Shown: in pieces, positions 25,632 through 39,279 of the stretch
How the letters are laid out: each line of letters starts with the position of its first letter
Position numbering within the stretch: the stretch's first letter is position 1
Made by a program: the position numbers and the translations under genes
Assembly: GCF_018350175.1 (NCBI RefSeq)
Contig: NC_058383.1
Coordinates: 23,686,001 to 23,750,000 of the forward strand
Direction of reading: 5' to 3'
Length of the DNA stretch: 64,000 nucleotides
Source: Felis catus
Taxonomy: Eukaryota
The notes under the pieces: generated by a model
Told to the model about the DNA's origin: nothing
Seen by the model: only the letters and a program-made list of their open reading frames with translations
The model's database searches: none

Positions 25632-28600
25632 CTGAATCCGAAGCAGGCTCCTGACACGGGGCTTGAACCCACAAACTGTGAGATCACGACCTGAGCGGAA
25701 GTCGGACGCTCAACCCACTAGGCCACTCAGGCGCCCCTGTTTTTTCTTTTTTTTAGAGACCGTTAGCTGGGAAGAGGGGCTGAGGGAGAGGAAGGGAGAA
25801 AGTGAGAGAGAATATTAAGCAAGCTCCATGCTCATTGTGGGGCTTGATCTCATGAACCATGAGATCATGACCTATGCCAAAATCAAGAGTTGGGTGCTCA
25901 AACGACTGAGCTACCTGGGTGCCCCCCACTTGGACACTTTTTTTTCTTAATATTTTTTAGTTTGTTGTTTATTTTTTAAATTTATTTAGTTTGTTTGTTT
26001 TATTATTGAGAGAGAGCAGAAAAGAGTAAGCAGGGGAGGTGTAAAGAGAGAGGGAGAGAAAGAACCTAAAGCAGGCTCTGCACTGTCAGCACAGAGCCCA
26101 GCGTGGGGCTAGAACCCTGAACCGTCAGATCATGACCTGAGCCGAAATCAAGAGTCGGATGCTCAACCAACTGAGCCACCCAGGTGCCCCCCACTTGTAC
26201 AAGTTTTAAGCTAACTTTTCAGAATGTTTATTGGGAGTTTTCCTGATTAGAAAAGTAATACATGATCATTTTTTGAAGTTAGTAAAAGGTGTAATTGAAA
26301 ACCAGAAAGTCAGCCTTTACTCTACCCCCAGAAAAATTTGAAATGAGACAATCCATAAAAATAGTACTGGTACAAACTACTTAAAGTGGATAAACAATAT
26401 TGCAGAACTGGTAATAATACTAGGATGAAATCCCCCAAACTGGACTCATTATAGACATTATAGAAATAGACAACTAAGAAACTGTCAAAGGGTATTTTGA
26501 AAGTAGAACTACAAATGTGCTCTCAAATACTCGGCGGGTTTCAAATAATCCTAGTAGAAATTGATCGGTATTCTTTTAGAGATTGTTATTAATTGTAAAA
26601 AAGAAAAAATATTAAACTATTGAAAGTAATGATTGGCTTCAGAGATGCCTGCAGCCTGTGTCACTTGTATTCAGTGTTGATCTGCACAGTAAGTTTTTCT
26701 CTCCTGGATGAGGGGAGGAGAGAGTACTTCAGAGAGTAATGAGATCTGACACCCTCAGACACAATTGGATTCTCTTCAAGATTCCTACAAACACGTAAGC
26801 AAGCCTACAGCCTTGTGTTTTGTTGCCTCTCTGCTTGGAAATCTGCTTGATTCCCAACAGTGACAGGACTTGTCACTCCCACTCAAAGGTCTGGCCTTCA
26901 AGGCATCCCTTCTTTCATCAAGAGGTTATGTCTTCCTTAGAAATTTTAAAGCATTTTATGCTTCCTTTACTACATTTACCAATATTCTATATATTATATT
27001 GACTGATTTGTTTCAGTCCCTCCTCCCCACACCCGTTTGTTTCCCTTTGCTGTTGCTGTGTTTATCCATGATAGATCATCAATAAATGCGTGTTGAAATC
27101 AGTATCTTAAGAGAGGACAGATAAACAGTTTGCAGTCCACTTCTGATGATTGCTAAGCTGTGGGTTTCCACCTCTGGAGATTTTTTTAAGAAGATGGAAG
27201 GAGCTCTGGCTTCAGCCTTAGAAGATTGAGGTTTAAGCCCTCAATTCTATGGCAAATAGCTAGAGACTTGAGGCATGTGAATTACTTCTCAGGTCCGGTT
27301 TGCTCCACTGTGTCTTGGTGATAAGAATGCTTGTACTCCATTGGTACAGACTTGTTCTGAGGGGATGAGATTATGTAAGTGTTTGCTTTTATTTTGGATG
27401 TAGAAATTATTGCACAGTTTATCCATGTTTTAAGAATTTTAGTAATGAAAGAATCTTAATTCAGAAAAAAAATAAATCCTTTTCAATTACTGGAAAATTG
27501 ATCTTAAAAACAAGCCAAGCTTTTAATAGATTATATTATAAATGGTTTTTATTTTCATATTCATGCCCTTTTTTTCCAACTTAAATTTCCTACAGGGGAA
27601 ATAAAATATTTTAATCAGGGAAAAGAGGTTTTTCAAAGGTAATGAAGAAATCTTTCTTCAGTATTGTAGAAGGTCATTTTGATTCTAAATTCAGAGGATT
27701 TGGGCTGTAATCCTTAGTATAAGGATAATCCCAAAAAAGCCAAATTTCCATTCCATTCCTTATGCATTTTTAGTTGGGGTTGTTGGTCTTTCCCTGCATT
27801 CTAGGTCGGGGTGCTACAATTGCAAATAGGTGTTAATATAATTCTGCTGGCCTTTCTTTTTTAAAGGGTTGCCTCAGTTGTTAAGGTGACCTGTTTTATA
27901 GCTTTTGTGCATAACCTGAACCTTGTACTCACAGTCAAGGTGACCTTCTATGTAAATTCCAAGACAGGCATGTGATAACTCACAGAACGTGAATGTTTAT
28001 ACTTTTGCCTATAAAATTAACATTTTTGCCTGTGATTTTGCTACTTTCATGTTCCCCTCCCAATGTTTTGCTTAAATGTCTCCCTTTCCACGGTTTAATA
28101 TGGCAGATACTTTTGTACTTGAGCAGTTTTTGCCACTTGAGTTTGGGGATCTTGGCAGTCCCATCAAATTTATTTGAGGTTGTGTATCAAAGATTCTGGA
28201 TGGAGAAAACCAGAGCATTAGTAGCATACCTGTGCCTTTAAATGAAGGTTAGAAAATGAGCTAACCTGGTTCCTTCTAGATTCAGAAAAAATTTGATAAA
28301 GCTAATTTGAAACTTGGGAGGCCAAGCATAAAGCATTATGCTCCACATAAATGGAGTCTGGATTCTCTAGCCCTATATGAGAACTTGCTGAGAGATCTAT
28401 TAATTTTTCTTTTAAGTTGCTGACCAAGTTAGTTCAGACTTCTTTGTTAGGTAATCTGTTACAGATTCTTGGGGGAAGTAAAGGGCTTCTCTGATTAGTT
28501 TTGATTTAATAATAATAAGATTAAACTCCTACCATGTGAAAACAAGCTCCCTGCCATTCTTTAGATTGTTCTTAAAGCCAAATCTTCTAAGACCAAAACA

Positions 28601-28699
28601 TCACAAGCTCTTTGTAAATGGTCTCATTGTGTTTTTATTACAGGTTGATATATCAAATGAGGGGGACTTATGGTAGCTTTTTTTTTTTAGCATGCTAGT

Positions 28700-29137
28700 C
28701 TTCCGCACCCCCCAGTGTGTGGTTTTACTGTCCGTAGTTTCAGTTATTGTGGTTAGCCCCTGTCCAGAGGCAGATGATCCTCTTCCTGATGGATGGTCAG
28801 AAGGTCACTATTAGCCCAACAGCTGTGTCACACCTCCTGCGTCCTCTTGTGGGCATTTTATCACCTCCCATCATCAGGAGAAGGTGGTACACGACTATGA
28901 GATATTTTGAGACCACATTTGTATAACTTCTGTTACAGTATATAGTTATAATTGTTCTATTTTATTATTAGTTACTGTTAATTTCTCACTATGCCAAATT
29001 TAAATTAAACTTCATCATAGGTATGCATGGATGTATAGGGAAAAAACGGTCGTATATTTAGGGTTTAGTACTAAACATGGTTTAGGCATCTGCTGGGGGT
29101 CTTTGAATGTGTATCCCCAGTGGATAAAGGGGGACTG
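28700..29137 (+). mobile_element. MER44/Tigger7-like DNA transposon MITE
   Basis: Internal gtcagaaggtca...agcc and terminal ctgggggtctttgaatgtgtatccccagtggataaagggggact recalled as the MER44 end. Confidence 0.7.
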
Positions 29138-29587
29138 CCCTAGCCTCTTTGTACGTATTTGCATATTTACTTGTTTCCTTTATGTTGGCCACAACTCTAA
29201 TTTGAACATTATATCTTTAAAAGGGGTCAACAGCTTGGGGCCCACATAATAGCTGGTAGGAATTATAAAGGTCTTTCAGATTACTGGAAGGTATTCTTGC
29301 CATGGGAATAAATTAGAAACATCTATAAATGGAGCTAGAGAGAAGAGAATTAGTGGCTAACAGGGCCTTTTCCCAAGAGGGCTTTACCCAAGACCCTTCT
29401 CAAAATCTTTCAGTTAAGTGTATCAACATTTCAGTGGCCCTAGTTGTATAGAGAGCACAATCAGCTGTTGTCCAGAAGTCTAGAAATTGCTGTTTAGGGG
29501 CACTTGGCTGGCTCAGTTGGTAGAGCATGTGACTATTGATCTCAGGGTCTTGAGTTCAAGCCCCACAGTAAGAGTAGAGCCTACTTG

Positions 29588-29614
29588 AAAGAAAGAAAGA
29601 GAAAAGGAAGGAAG

Positions 29615-29673
<59 letters not shown>

Positions 29674-29674
29674 A
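29588..29674. repeat. (GAAA)n tetranucleotide STR in a SINE tail
   Basis: Direct reading; follows a short SINE at about 29497-29590. Confidence 0.95.
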
Positions 29675-31354
29675 ATTAATTGACATTTAGCCAATGTATT
29701 TTTAGTCCCTACTGTGTGTCAGGAATTGTGCTGAATGAACTAGGTATACAGAAGAGGCTTTCCTTTTCAAGGAGGGTTAGAAAGACTGGACACTAACAAC
29801 TATGCAATTTGGGTGTTTATTATTACATTGTTTTGAGGGAAATTAATAGGGTGCCTTGGGAAGGGGGCTGCTTTCGAGGGGGTGGTTTGGAAAGGCTGCT
29901 GAAGAGGTTACGTTTGAACAGAGACCTAAATTTGTGCCATACTCGATGCTGAGCATGGAGCCTGCTTAAGATTCTCTCTCTCCCTCTGCCCCTCTCCCCC
30001 ACTTGAGCTCTCTCTCTAAAATACAAGAAAATAAAATATGTCATAGGTCCCTTTGGCTGTCTAGTGAGGTCTGTGTGATGATCCTCTTAAAATACATAGA
30101 GTTACAAAGGGAATCTGTTAGATTGAAATGCCTATCAAAACATTGAAAAAATGAATGTGTGATGTAGTAATAAGTTTCTTTATTAATATATTAAATACTA
30201 GGATCTAGGGGTGCCTGGGTGGCTCAGTCGGTTGAGTGTCCGACTTTGGCTCAGGTCATGATCTCACAGTTCGTGGGTTCGAGCCCCACATTAGGCTCTG
30301 TGCTGACCGCTTGCTCAGAGCCTGGAGCCTGCTTCAGATTCTGTGTCTCCTTCTCTCTCTGCCCCTCCCCCATTCACGCTTTGTCTCACTCTGTTTCTTA
30401 AAAATAAATAAATGTAAAAAAAAAAAAAAATTAAAAAAAATACTAGGATCTAATGTCGGACTAAAAACTGTAATTTCAAATAGTGATGAGTGTTACCAAT
30501 GAATCAAGATTTCTGCAGCCTCTCTGACATGATATGAAAATGTCTGTGATGTCTATTAGTGATGAAGTCCTAGGTGCCCTGTCATACTACTGATGGCTTG
30601 CTGCCTCCATTCAAAATCAAAGGGAATGCTAAATTTCAGTTAGAAGTTAGAGAAAATGAACATGTAACTTCTCTTTCATCCAAGTTCACAGACCCTCTCA
30701 ATTCTGTGTGAGGACCCCATGTTAAGAACTGCTGGATTAGATGGAGCCAGCAGGAAAAACACATCCTTAAAGAAGGGGGAGCTTGCTTAGAGTAAGGCAT
30801 TTTTAAGGTAAATGTGTGAAATAAGGAAGAATCAGTAGCTTCCCGGTGAAACTGGAAAAACCATTTAAGAGACAGTTGGGAAAATATTAATACTGAAACA
30901 TAAATAGTTGATAGTAAGGGATTATTGGGGTATTTAGGTATGGTTAAATTGTAGTTAAAATGGTTCTCTTAGAAATACATGAATCTGTATACCTCAGTTA
31001 AGATGTCTTGGATGTGTGGGGTGCCTGTGTGGCTCAGTGGGACAAGCGTCTGACTGGATTGCAGCTCAGGTCATGGTCTCGTGGTTCGTGGGATCGAGCC
31101 CAGTGTCAGGCTCTGTGCTGACAGTGCAGAGCCTGCTTGGGATTCTCTCTCCCTCTCTCTCTTTTTCTCAAAAGAAATAAGCTTAAAAAAAAAAAAAAGG
31201 CTGTCTTGGATTTGCTTAAAATGATTGGAGATGAGAGTAGAAAAGTAGAGGTGTGACAAGACTGATAACTGTTGAAAGTGGATGATGGATAGATGAAGCC
31301 TCATTAAGCCATTTTTCTGCATTTATATGTTTGAAATTATCCATAATAAAAAGC

Positions 31355-31584
31355 TTTTTATTTTGTTAAATTTTTTTTCAACGTTTTTGATTTATTTTTG
31401 GGACAGAGAGAGACAGAGCATGAACGGGGGAGGGGCAGAGAGAGAGGGAGACACAGAATCGGAAACAGGCTCCAGGCTCCGAGCCATCAGCCCAGAGCCT
31501 GACGCGGGGCTCGAACTCACGGACCGCGAGATCGTGACCTGGCTGAAGTCGGACGCTTAACCGACTGCGCCACCCAGGCGCCCC
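31355..31584 (-). mobile_element. Young CanSINE with TSD taaaaagcttttta
   Basis: Near-consensus sequence; flanking direct repeat. Confidence 0.95.
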
Positions 31585-33702
31585 TAAAAAGCTTTTTAAA
31601 GGTAGATAAAATTAGCCATCTGCAAAGAGTCAGTACTTGGGTGGACTAAGAATTTAGGCAGCAGCACTCAAGGTGAAGACACCTCATACATTATTTCCCG
31701 GAAGTATGGTAAAAAATGCTGCTGCAGCAGTTTAATACAGCTTCATCTTTGTGGAGCGCTCCAACTAAACCAAGTCCTAAGGAGGGAGGCGGTAAACGGT
31801 GAGCTTAAGAATCACTGTTGATCTAAGTGAATGCTGATGCCTCCCGGACCCAAGAGAAAGAGACATGAGGTTAGGGGAGGGGGGAGACCTCCAGGATTTT
31901 CCATGTCCAAGAACAACATTCCTCTAGTAAGTGTGATCCATGGACCACTCGTACTAATATCACCTGAGGTTTTTGCTAAAAATGCAGAATACTGGCTCTA
32001 CCCCAGTCTCACTGACTCCAAACTTACGGGAAAGGGGCCCAGGTTCCTATAGTTTAATCCCCCAGATGAATCTTAACACATGTAAAGTTTGAAAACTAAC
32101 TGTAGGTAGAGATGAGAATACCTTTTATCGAGCAGTTGTACCATATGCCAGATACCACGCCAAACCCTTCACATTCTTTTTAATCTTACAGCAACCCTTG
32201 TGAGGTAGGTGATGAGGAAATCTCACCTTAGAAGAATTAAGCTACTTGCCAAAGGTCACCTGATTAGAAGTGGTAAAGTGTAACTTCAAATTCTGATCCC
32301 AGAGCCTATGCTTTTAGCTATGGCAGCCTCCCACCAGGCTCTTTTCGCTGATCCAATGCCCACCACAAGATTTCTGTGAGAATTGAAAAAATTACAAAGC
32401 AGATGTGTCCTACAGAGGATGTGAATATTCTAGTCACTGGGCAGAGACCGCTTCTATTGTAAATTAATACTTAGTGTCTGGTCTATGTGTTACCTTTTTT
32501 TCAGGTTGTTGTGAATCCTCCCAAAGAATACTTAAGGCCTCTACTTGATATAAAAGCGGCTTGCAAAATTTCTGTAGCTATTGTATGTATTCCTGTATTC
32601 TAAACCTTTGTTCCTAAGAGATTGAATACCTTCCCTTCATTGACGGGACCTACTAGGACATTGCCAGCCAGAGGGCAGGGTTAAGGCCCGACTCCTGGAG
32701 AAGCTGGTGGGGGTGGAGGGAATGAAGAATAAACACAAGCTTTTACAGGGACTGCTCTGTGCTCACTTACCTTATTTAATACTTCAAGCCCTACAAGATA
32801 GGTTAGTAACCGATCCACAGTTCCTTATTTTCAATTCCAAACCCAAAAGGCTCTGTAAAATAAGATTTTTTTCTTAAGCTTACAGCAGATTCATTTGGCA
32901 GCAAACTCTGAGCTAAACTGCTGTGAGGCTGTTTTATGATCCTTATTCATACTTTTTGATGCAGAAATATTAATGCTCAAGGGGTACCTGCCTAGGTGGC
33001 TCAGGTCATGGTGGTTTGGGAGTTCTAGCCCTGCATAGGAGCCTGCTTGGGATTCTCTCTCTCCCTCCCCCTCTCTCTGCTCCTCCCCCATTTGCACTCC
33101 CTCCCTCTTTCAAAATAAGTAAATAAACTTTAAAAAAAAGTTTAAAATATTAGTGTTCAATTATAGGGTGCTGCCCATACCTCACTGAGGATGCTATAAA
33201 GTGTATGGTGTGTGTGCCATGTTGTTCTAAAATTTAAATAATTTTCTAAAACATTTTTGGCCCCAAGAGTTTCAGATGAGAAAGTTGAAGTTAGGAGAGT
33301 TAAGTGTTTTCTCAACACCTTGCTACCAAGTTATATAATTAGATATAAAAAGGTCACATAGGGGCACCAGGGTGGCTCAGTCAGTTAAGCAACTGACTTC
33401 CGCCCAGATCATGATCTCCCAGTTCATGAGTTCGAGCCCCATTTCAGGCCCTGTGCTGACAGCTCAGAGCCTGGAGCCTGCTTCAGATTCTGTGTCTCCC
33501 TCTCCCTCTCTCTCTCTCTCTCTGCCCCTCCTCTGTGTGCTCTCGCGCACACTCTCTCAAAAATAAACAACTAAATTAAAAAATAAAAAGGTCATTTATG
33601 CTTTGTTTTTCAACTTTGCCACATGGTCGTTTAAAGAGCCCACTGAAAATCATTGAGCACGTTCTTTGAAGGAAATCTATCAGCTCTGCAAATACATTTG
33701 TA

Positions 33703-34252
33703 CAGTTGACCCTTAACACAGGTTTGAACTGCATTGGTCCATTTACACAAGAATTTTTTTTTTTTTTTATAAATACAGAACAATACTGTAAAAGTATTTT
33801 CTCTTATGATTTTCTTTACATTTTCTCTAACTTCATTGTAAGAATATAGTAGATAGTATATACAACAGACAAAATATGTGTGTTAATCAACTGTTGTCAG
33901 TAAGGCTTCTGTCAACAGGCTAGTAAAGTTTGGGAGAAGTTGGGGCGCCTGGGTGGCGCAGTCGGTTAAGCGTCCGACTTCAGCCAGGTCACGATCTCGC
34001 GGTCCATGAGTTCGAGCCCCGCGTCAGGCTCTGGGCTGATGGCTCAGAGCCTGGAGCCTGTTTCCGATTCTGTGTCTCCCTCTCTCTCTGCCCCTCCCCC
34101 GTTCATGTTCTGTCTCTCTCTGTCCCAAAAATAAATAAAAAATGTTGAAAAAAAAATTAAAAAAAGTTTGGGAGAAGTCAGAAGTTATACACGGATTTTC
34201 AACTGTCTGGGGGTCGATGCCCAAAACCCCTGTGGTGTTCAAGCATCAACTG
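33703..34252 (+). mobile_element. Tigger2/MER8-like MITE with TA duplications, carrying a nested SINE
   Basis: TA|cagttgaccctt... and ...gttcaagcatcaactg|TA form imperfect terminal inverted repeats. Confidence 0.8.
33942..34165 (+). mobile_element. Young CanSINE with TSD aaagtttgggagaagt
   Basis: Near-consensus sequence; direct repeats on both sides. Confidence 0.95.
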
Positions 34253-34807
34253 TATAGTTGTATAAAAAGCCCAAGAAAAGTGTTTTTAAGGTCCATTTAG
34301 AAAGCAGTCTTAGCTGTACCAGAATAAATAATCTGGTAATTTTTTTATGAGTGAGGAAGATTGTGGTGATAACTTTTCTCACAGCATTAAAAATAACAAG
34401 AGTCTTTGAATCCTAGTAAGCTAAATATCTCTTTCTGCTTAAATCAGTGTTATTTTCCCTATTTTTTGGTCCAGGATAGCTCATTTAGAGAAGAAAATTT
34501 GATTTTTTTCCAAGCAAAAAATCATCTAACGTTCTCTAAAGAGAGAAAAAATACATGGTCTTTTTGCTTAAACATTGATCATGTATTCCATACTTTTTTC
34601 TCTTGTGGGATTATCAGGCTCCCTATAGATTTTCATGTCGAATCTTAATTTTATGTATGTATTGTGCTTTGTAAGTGTAGATCAGCCTTATATGATAAAT
34701 AGGATGTTGGTAAGCATTAGGGGAAGTAAACATATAAAGGGTGGCCTATGTTTATTTCCTCTTAGGTACTTTAATTGGGATTTAAAGTTTTTTTCATAAA
34801 ATGAACC

Positions 34808-35681
<874 letters not shown>

Positions 35682-35936
35682 TAAATTTTCTAGAATCCAT
35701 TGAGGAAGCCCTAGGGTAAGTCATTTAGTATAAACTAGAATAGAACTTGCACATAGAGGGTTTGGGTCAACACGGGGTATGGTTTAACTTAATTCTTTAT
35801 GGAGAATAGAGATTAAGTAGAAGTCCTTTCCAATTAAGAAAACCCAGTTTGAGTGGCTGGCGACTAATCTCTCCTCACTGCTTATGCCCTTAATTTAATA
35901 TGACAGCAGCAAATGGCTTCTATCTGTTCCTCACAG

Positions 35937-36101
35937 TCTGACTGAAACCATCGAATGCCTACAAACCAACATTGACCACCTCCAGAGCCAAGTGGAGGAG
36001 TTGAAGTCATCTGGCCAAGGAAGAAAGAGCCAGGGGAAGTGTGACCAGGACAAATCGGCACCCAGATTCTCGTGTCTGAAGGAACTCTACGACCTCCGCC
36101 A
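35937..36101 (+). CDS. CDR2: CDR2 exon 4, 165 nt (not in ORF track)
   Basis: ttcctcacag|T CTG ACT; (S)LTETIECLQTNIDHLQSQVEELKSSGQGRKSQGKCDQDKSAPRFSCLKELYDLR(Q); CA|gtagga; phases match the neighbouring exons. Confidence 0.95.
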
Positions 36102-36498
36102 GTAGGAGCCTGCCTTTCTTTGGCATTTATGAGCAGGGGGACATCTCATGTCAGGGACACATACTGGATCCCAGTAGATAAAAAGTACCCTTTTAAGAAA
36201 TGCCGCTTGGTTATTAGACCACCAGTGGTTTGAACAAAACCACTTAACTTAAACATATGATGGATAGAGTTCTTGAGTCTTGGTAATTCTGCAAAAGCTT
36301 ATTTTTGGAAGTCTTGGGAGTGCTCACTTCAGTGCTTTTCATGTGTTAAGTCTTCATTTAAATTAAGGTGCAGTACTTGTGATAGACTACAGATTTGGGG
36401 GCTGTACCTCACATTAGGGTGCAAAAAATTGAAATGTCAAAACAAGTTTTTTGCCTACAGAAATGCCTTTATAATTTAGAGTTAAGAGACTGAATCTT

Positions 36499-36702
36499 TC
36501 AATGTTTATTTATTTTTGGGACAGAGAGAGACAGAGCATGAACGGGGGAGGGGCAGAGAGAGAGGGAGACACAGAATCGGAAACAGGCTCCAGGCTCTGA
36601 GCCATCAGCCCAGAGCCTGACGCGGGGCTCGAACTCACGGACCGCGAGATCGTGACCTGGCTGAAGTCGGACGCTCAACCGACTGCGCCACCCAGGCACC
36701 CC
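36499..36702 (-). mobile_element. Young CanSINE with TSD aagagactgaatcttt and almost no A tail
   Basis: Near-consensus sequence; 16-bp direct repeat. Confidence 0.95.
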
Positions 36703-37373
36703 AAGAGACTGAATCTTTAAGGACTATTTCTTGAGCACCTATTGTATGGCAGGTGCTATGCCAGACATGAGTGGTGAGCAAAATAGACACCATTGCTCCT
36801 GCCCTCACACTTTCACTCTCAGGGAGGGGCAGATACAATCATCACAAAGATAAACCCAGTTACAAGTTGCCCAGGACCCTATGCAGGAGAGAGACCAGCT
36901 TCTGCATTTTGGTAGTTTTCAACCTTGACCCTTCATCAAATCACTTTGGAGTTTTTCAAACTGCAATGACAATGAGGCCCTTAGGGCTAAATTAAAATCT
37001 CTAGGTGCAGGTAAAAAGCTGTCCAGATGATTCTGATGCACAGCCAAAGTCGAGAACCACGGGGCCATTCTAATTTCCTTGAAAGATACCCATCATACTG
37101 CTGGGCTTTAAGAATAGGTATTCTGAAGTACTTTTAATGGTTAAAAAAAAAAATAGTCACAAAAATTATGTTTTCTTACATGTGTTTATTTGCCAGCCTT
37201 ACATAATTTTGTGTTAGCCACTGCCCTAGTACGGAATAGGCAAATAAATAAATAAACAAATAAATAAGATAACCGTCAGAGTTCCTCAAAAATACTTAGT
37301 TGGAAAAAAAAATCAATCTCTTTTCATTCCCAGTCAACCTACATAATATATTCTTTCAACATTTTTCTCCTAG

Positions 37374-38238
37374 ACACTTTGTGTATGATCATGTGTTTGC
37401 TGAGAAGATCACTTCCTTACAAAGTCAGCAAAGCCCCGATGAGGAAGAAAATGAGCACTTGAAGAAAACAGTGACGATGCTGCAGGCCCAGCTGAGCCTG
37501 GAGCGGCAGAAGCGGGTGACGATGGAGGAGGAATATGGGCTTGTGCTGAAGGAGAACAGTGAACTGGAGCAGCAGCTGGGAGCCACGGATGCCTACCGCG
37601 CTCGGGCGCTGGAGTTGGAGGCCGAGGTGGCCGAGATGCGGCAGATGCTGCAGTCGGAGCATCCATTCGTGAATGGCGTTGAGAAGCTGGTGCCGGACTC
37701 TCTGTTCACCCCTTTCAAAGAACACAGCCAGAGCCTGCTGGAGGAGCTGTTCCTGCCTTTGCCAGAAGCACACAGAAGGCCTCTTAAGCGCAGCAGCAGT
37801 GAGACGGTGCTGAGCAGCTTGGCCGGGGGGGACATTGTGAGGGGCCACGAGGAGACCTGCATCCGGAGGGCCAGGGCTGTGAAGCAGAGGGGCATCTCCC
37901 TTCTGCATGAAGTGGACACCCAGTACAGTGCCCTGAAGGTGAAGTATGAGGAGTTGCTGAAGAAGTGCCAGCAGGGAGAGGACTCCCTGTCCCACAAGGC
38001 TGTGCAGACCCCCAGAGCTCTCGCCAAAGACCTGGCGGGGACCAACGCCCAGCCTGAGCTGGGCACCAGCGGCTGGGAACCAGCCTCTGTGACCCCAGAG
38101 CCCGTCAGTTCCCCCACCACCACACCACCTCCGGAATACAAGGCGCTTTTTAAAGAGATCTTTAGCTGCATCAAGAAAACAAAGCAAGAAATAGATGAAC
38201 AGAGAACAAAATACCGATCTCTCTCCTCTCATTCCTAA
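37374..38238 (+). CDS. CDR2: CDR2 exon 5 coding part, 865 nt, to stop
   Basis: tttctcctag|A CAC TTT; HFVYDHVFAEKITSL...PPEYKALFKEIFSCIKKTKQEIDEQRTKYRSLSSHS*. Total CDS 79+113+149+165+865 = 1371 nt = 456 aa. Confidence 0.97.
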
Positions 38239-39273
38239 TTCAACCTCCAGCTCTACTACTAATTTGCTCGTTTCCTTTCACCTCTCTCTCCCACTCCGAC
38301 CGGTGTCTGTAAACCCCATGGCCACGTGGCTCATGATGTTTGCCTCGCTGTTTTGCTTACTAAGCAGCCAACAGCAGGGAACGAAGGTGGCTGCTGGTGT
38401 CAGTTCTAGAACCCGGTTCCGTTTAAGCTCCTCAGGAAATCCCGTGACAACCTGGCCTCTGGCTGGCGCACTGATTTGTGTTGTGATTCCTTGAAAAGCC
38501 CCAGAACCAGTGGAGGGACAGATGTGTGTTCCTAGAGAAGTAGGCCTGGAGCCCCTATATATATATGTAGTATATAGAGAGTGTATAGTATACTGGGGAA
38601 AAGGGCAGAGTTGAAACAAAACTAAGGCGACTCCTACTGCCTCCTCGCTTCTCAAAACTGTAGGAGTCAGATGGCTGCCAACCTGAAATGGCTTCATAAA
38701 CACTGTTGTATACTGTGAACTCGTTAAGAAGAATGTCCAGGAGAAAGCAGGGTCTAATCCAAAATCAATGGCATTAAAAAATACTCCAAGCCTTGAGTTT
38801 GGTTACATCTGCTACCAGTTGAGCTGTGACTGACAAGGAATCATAATATGTCTAAATCCAACTGATACCAAACTGAAAGGCAAGCTCTGGTTTGACCTTT
38901 GCTGTTACCATCTTGCTAGCTTATGAGCATAGGCCCTGGAGGGCCCCCACCCCCACCTTCGGATGTTTTTACTCAAAGCTATAGTGGTTAGCATAGGCAA
39001 ATATGTAAATCGTTCTTAAAGTCAGACTAAAAAAGCAAGACCAAACCCCTCACTGTGTTGTCCAAGCTGGCTAAGCTGACAGCCACAGGCTGCCCTTGTT
39101 CAGTTCCTGTCGTTCCTATAAATGTTTTTGACTTGCTGCAGAAATTCCCATTTGCTACTTTATTAAACAGTATTGTTCTTTGGGAATCTACTCATCCTCT
39201 CACTTTGCATACTTTTAATTTAAAACTATTTAAGAGACTGAAGTTCCACTGTATATATTTTTTCTAAAAACCA

Positions 39274-39279
39274 AATAAA
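39274..39279 (+). terminator. Probable CDR2 polyadenylation signal AATAAA (3'UTR about 1 kb)
   Basis: AATAAA preceded by TGTA and U-rich sequence, at the end of unique UTR-like DNA. Confidence 0.7.

Noticed and set aside
37409..38232. Antisense ORFs of 271 and 193 aa
   Set aside because: Shadows of CDR2 exon 5
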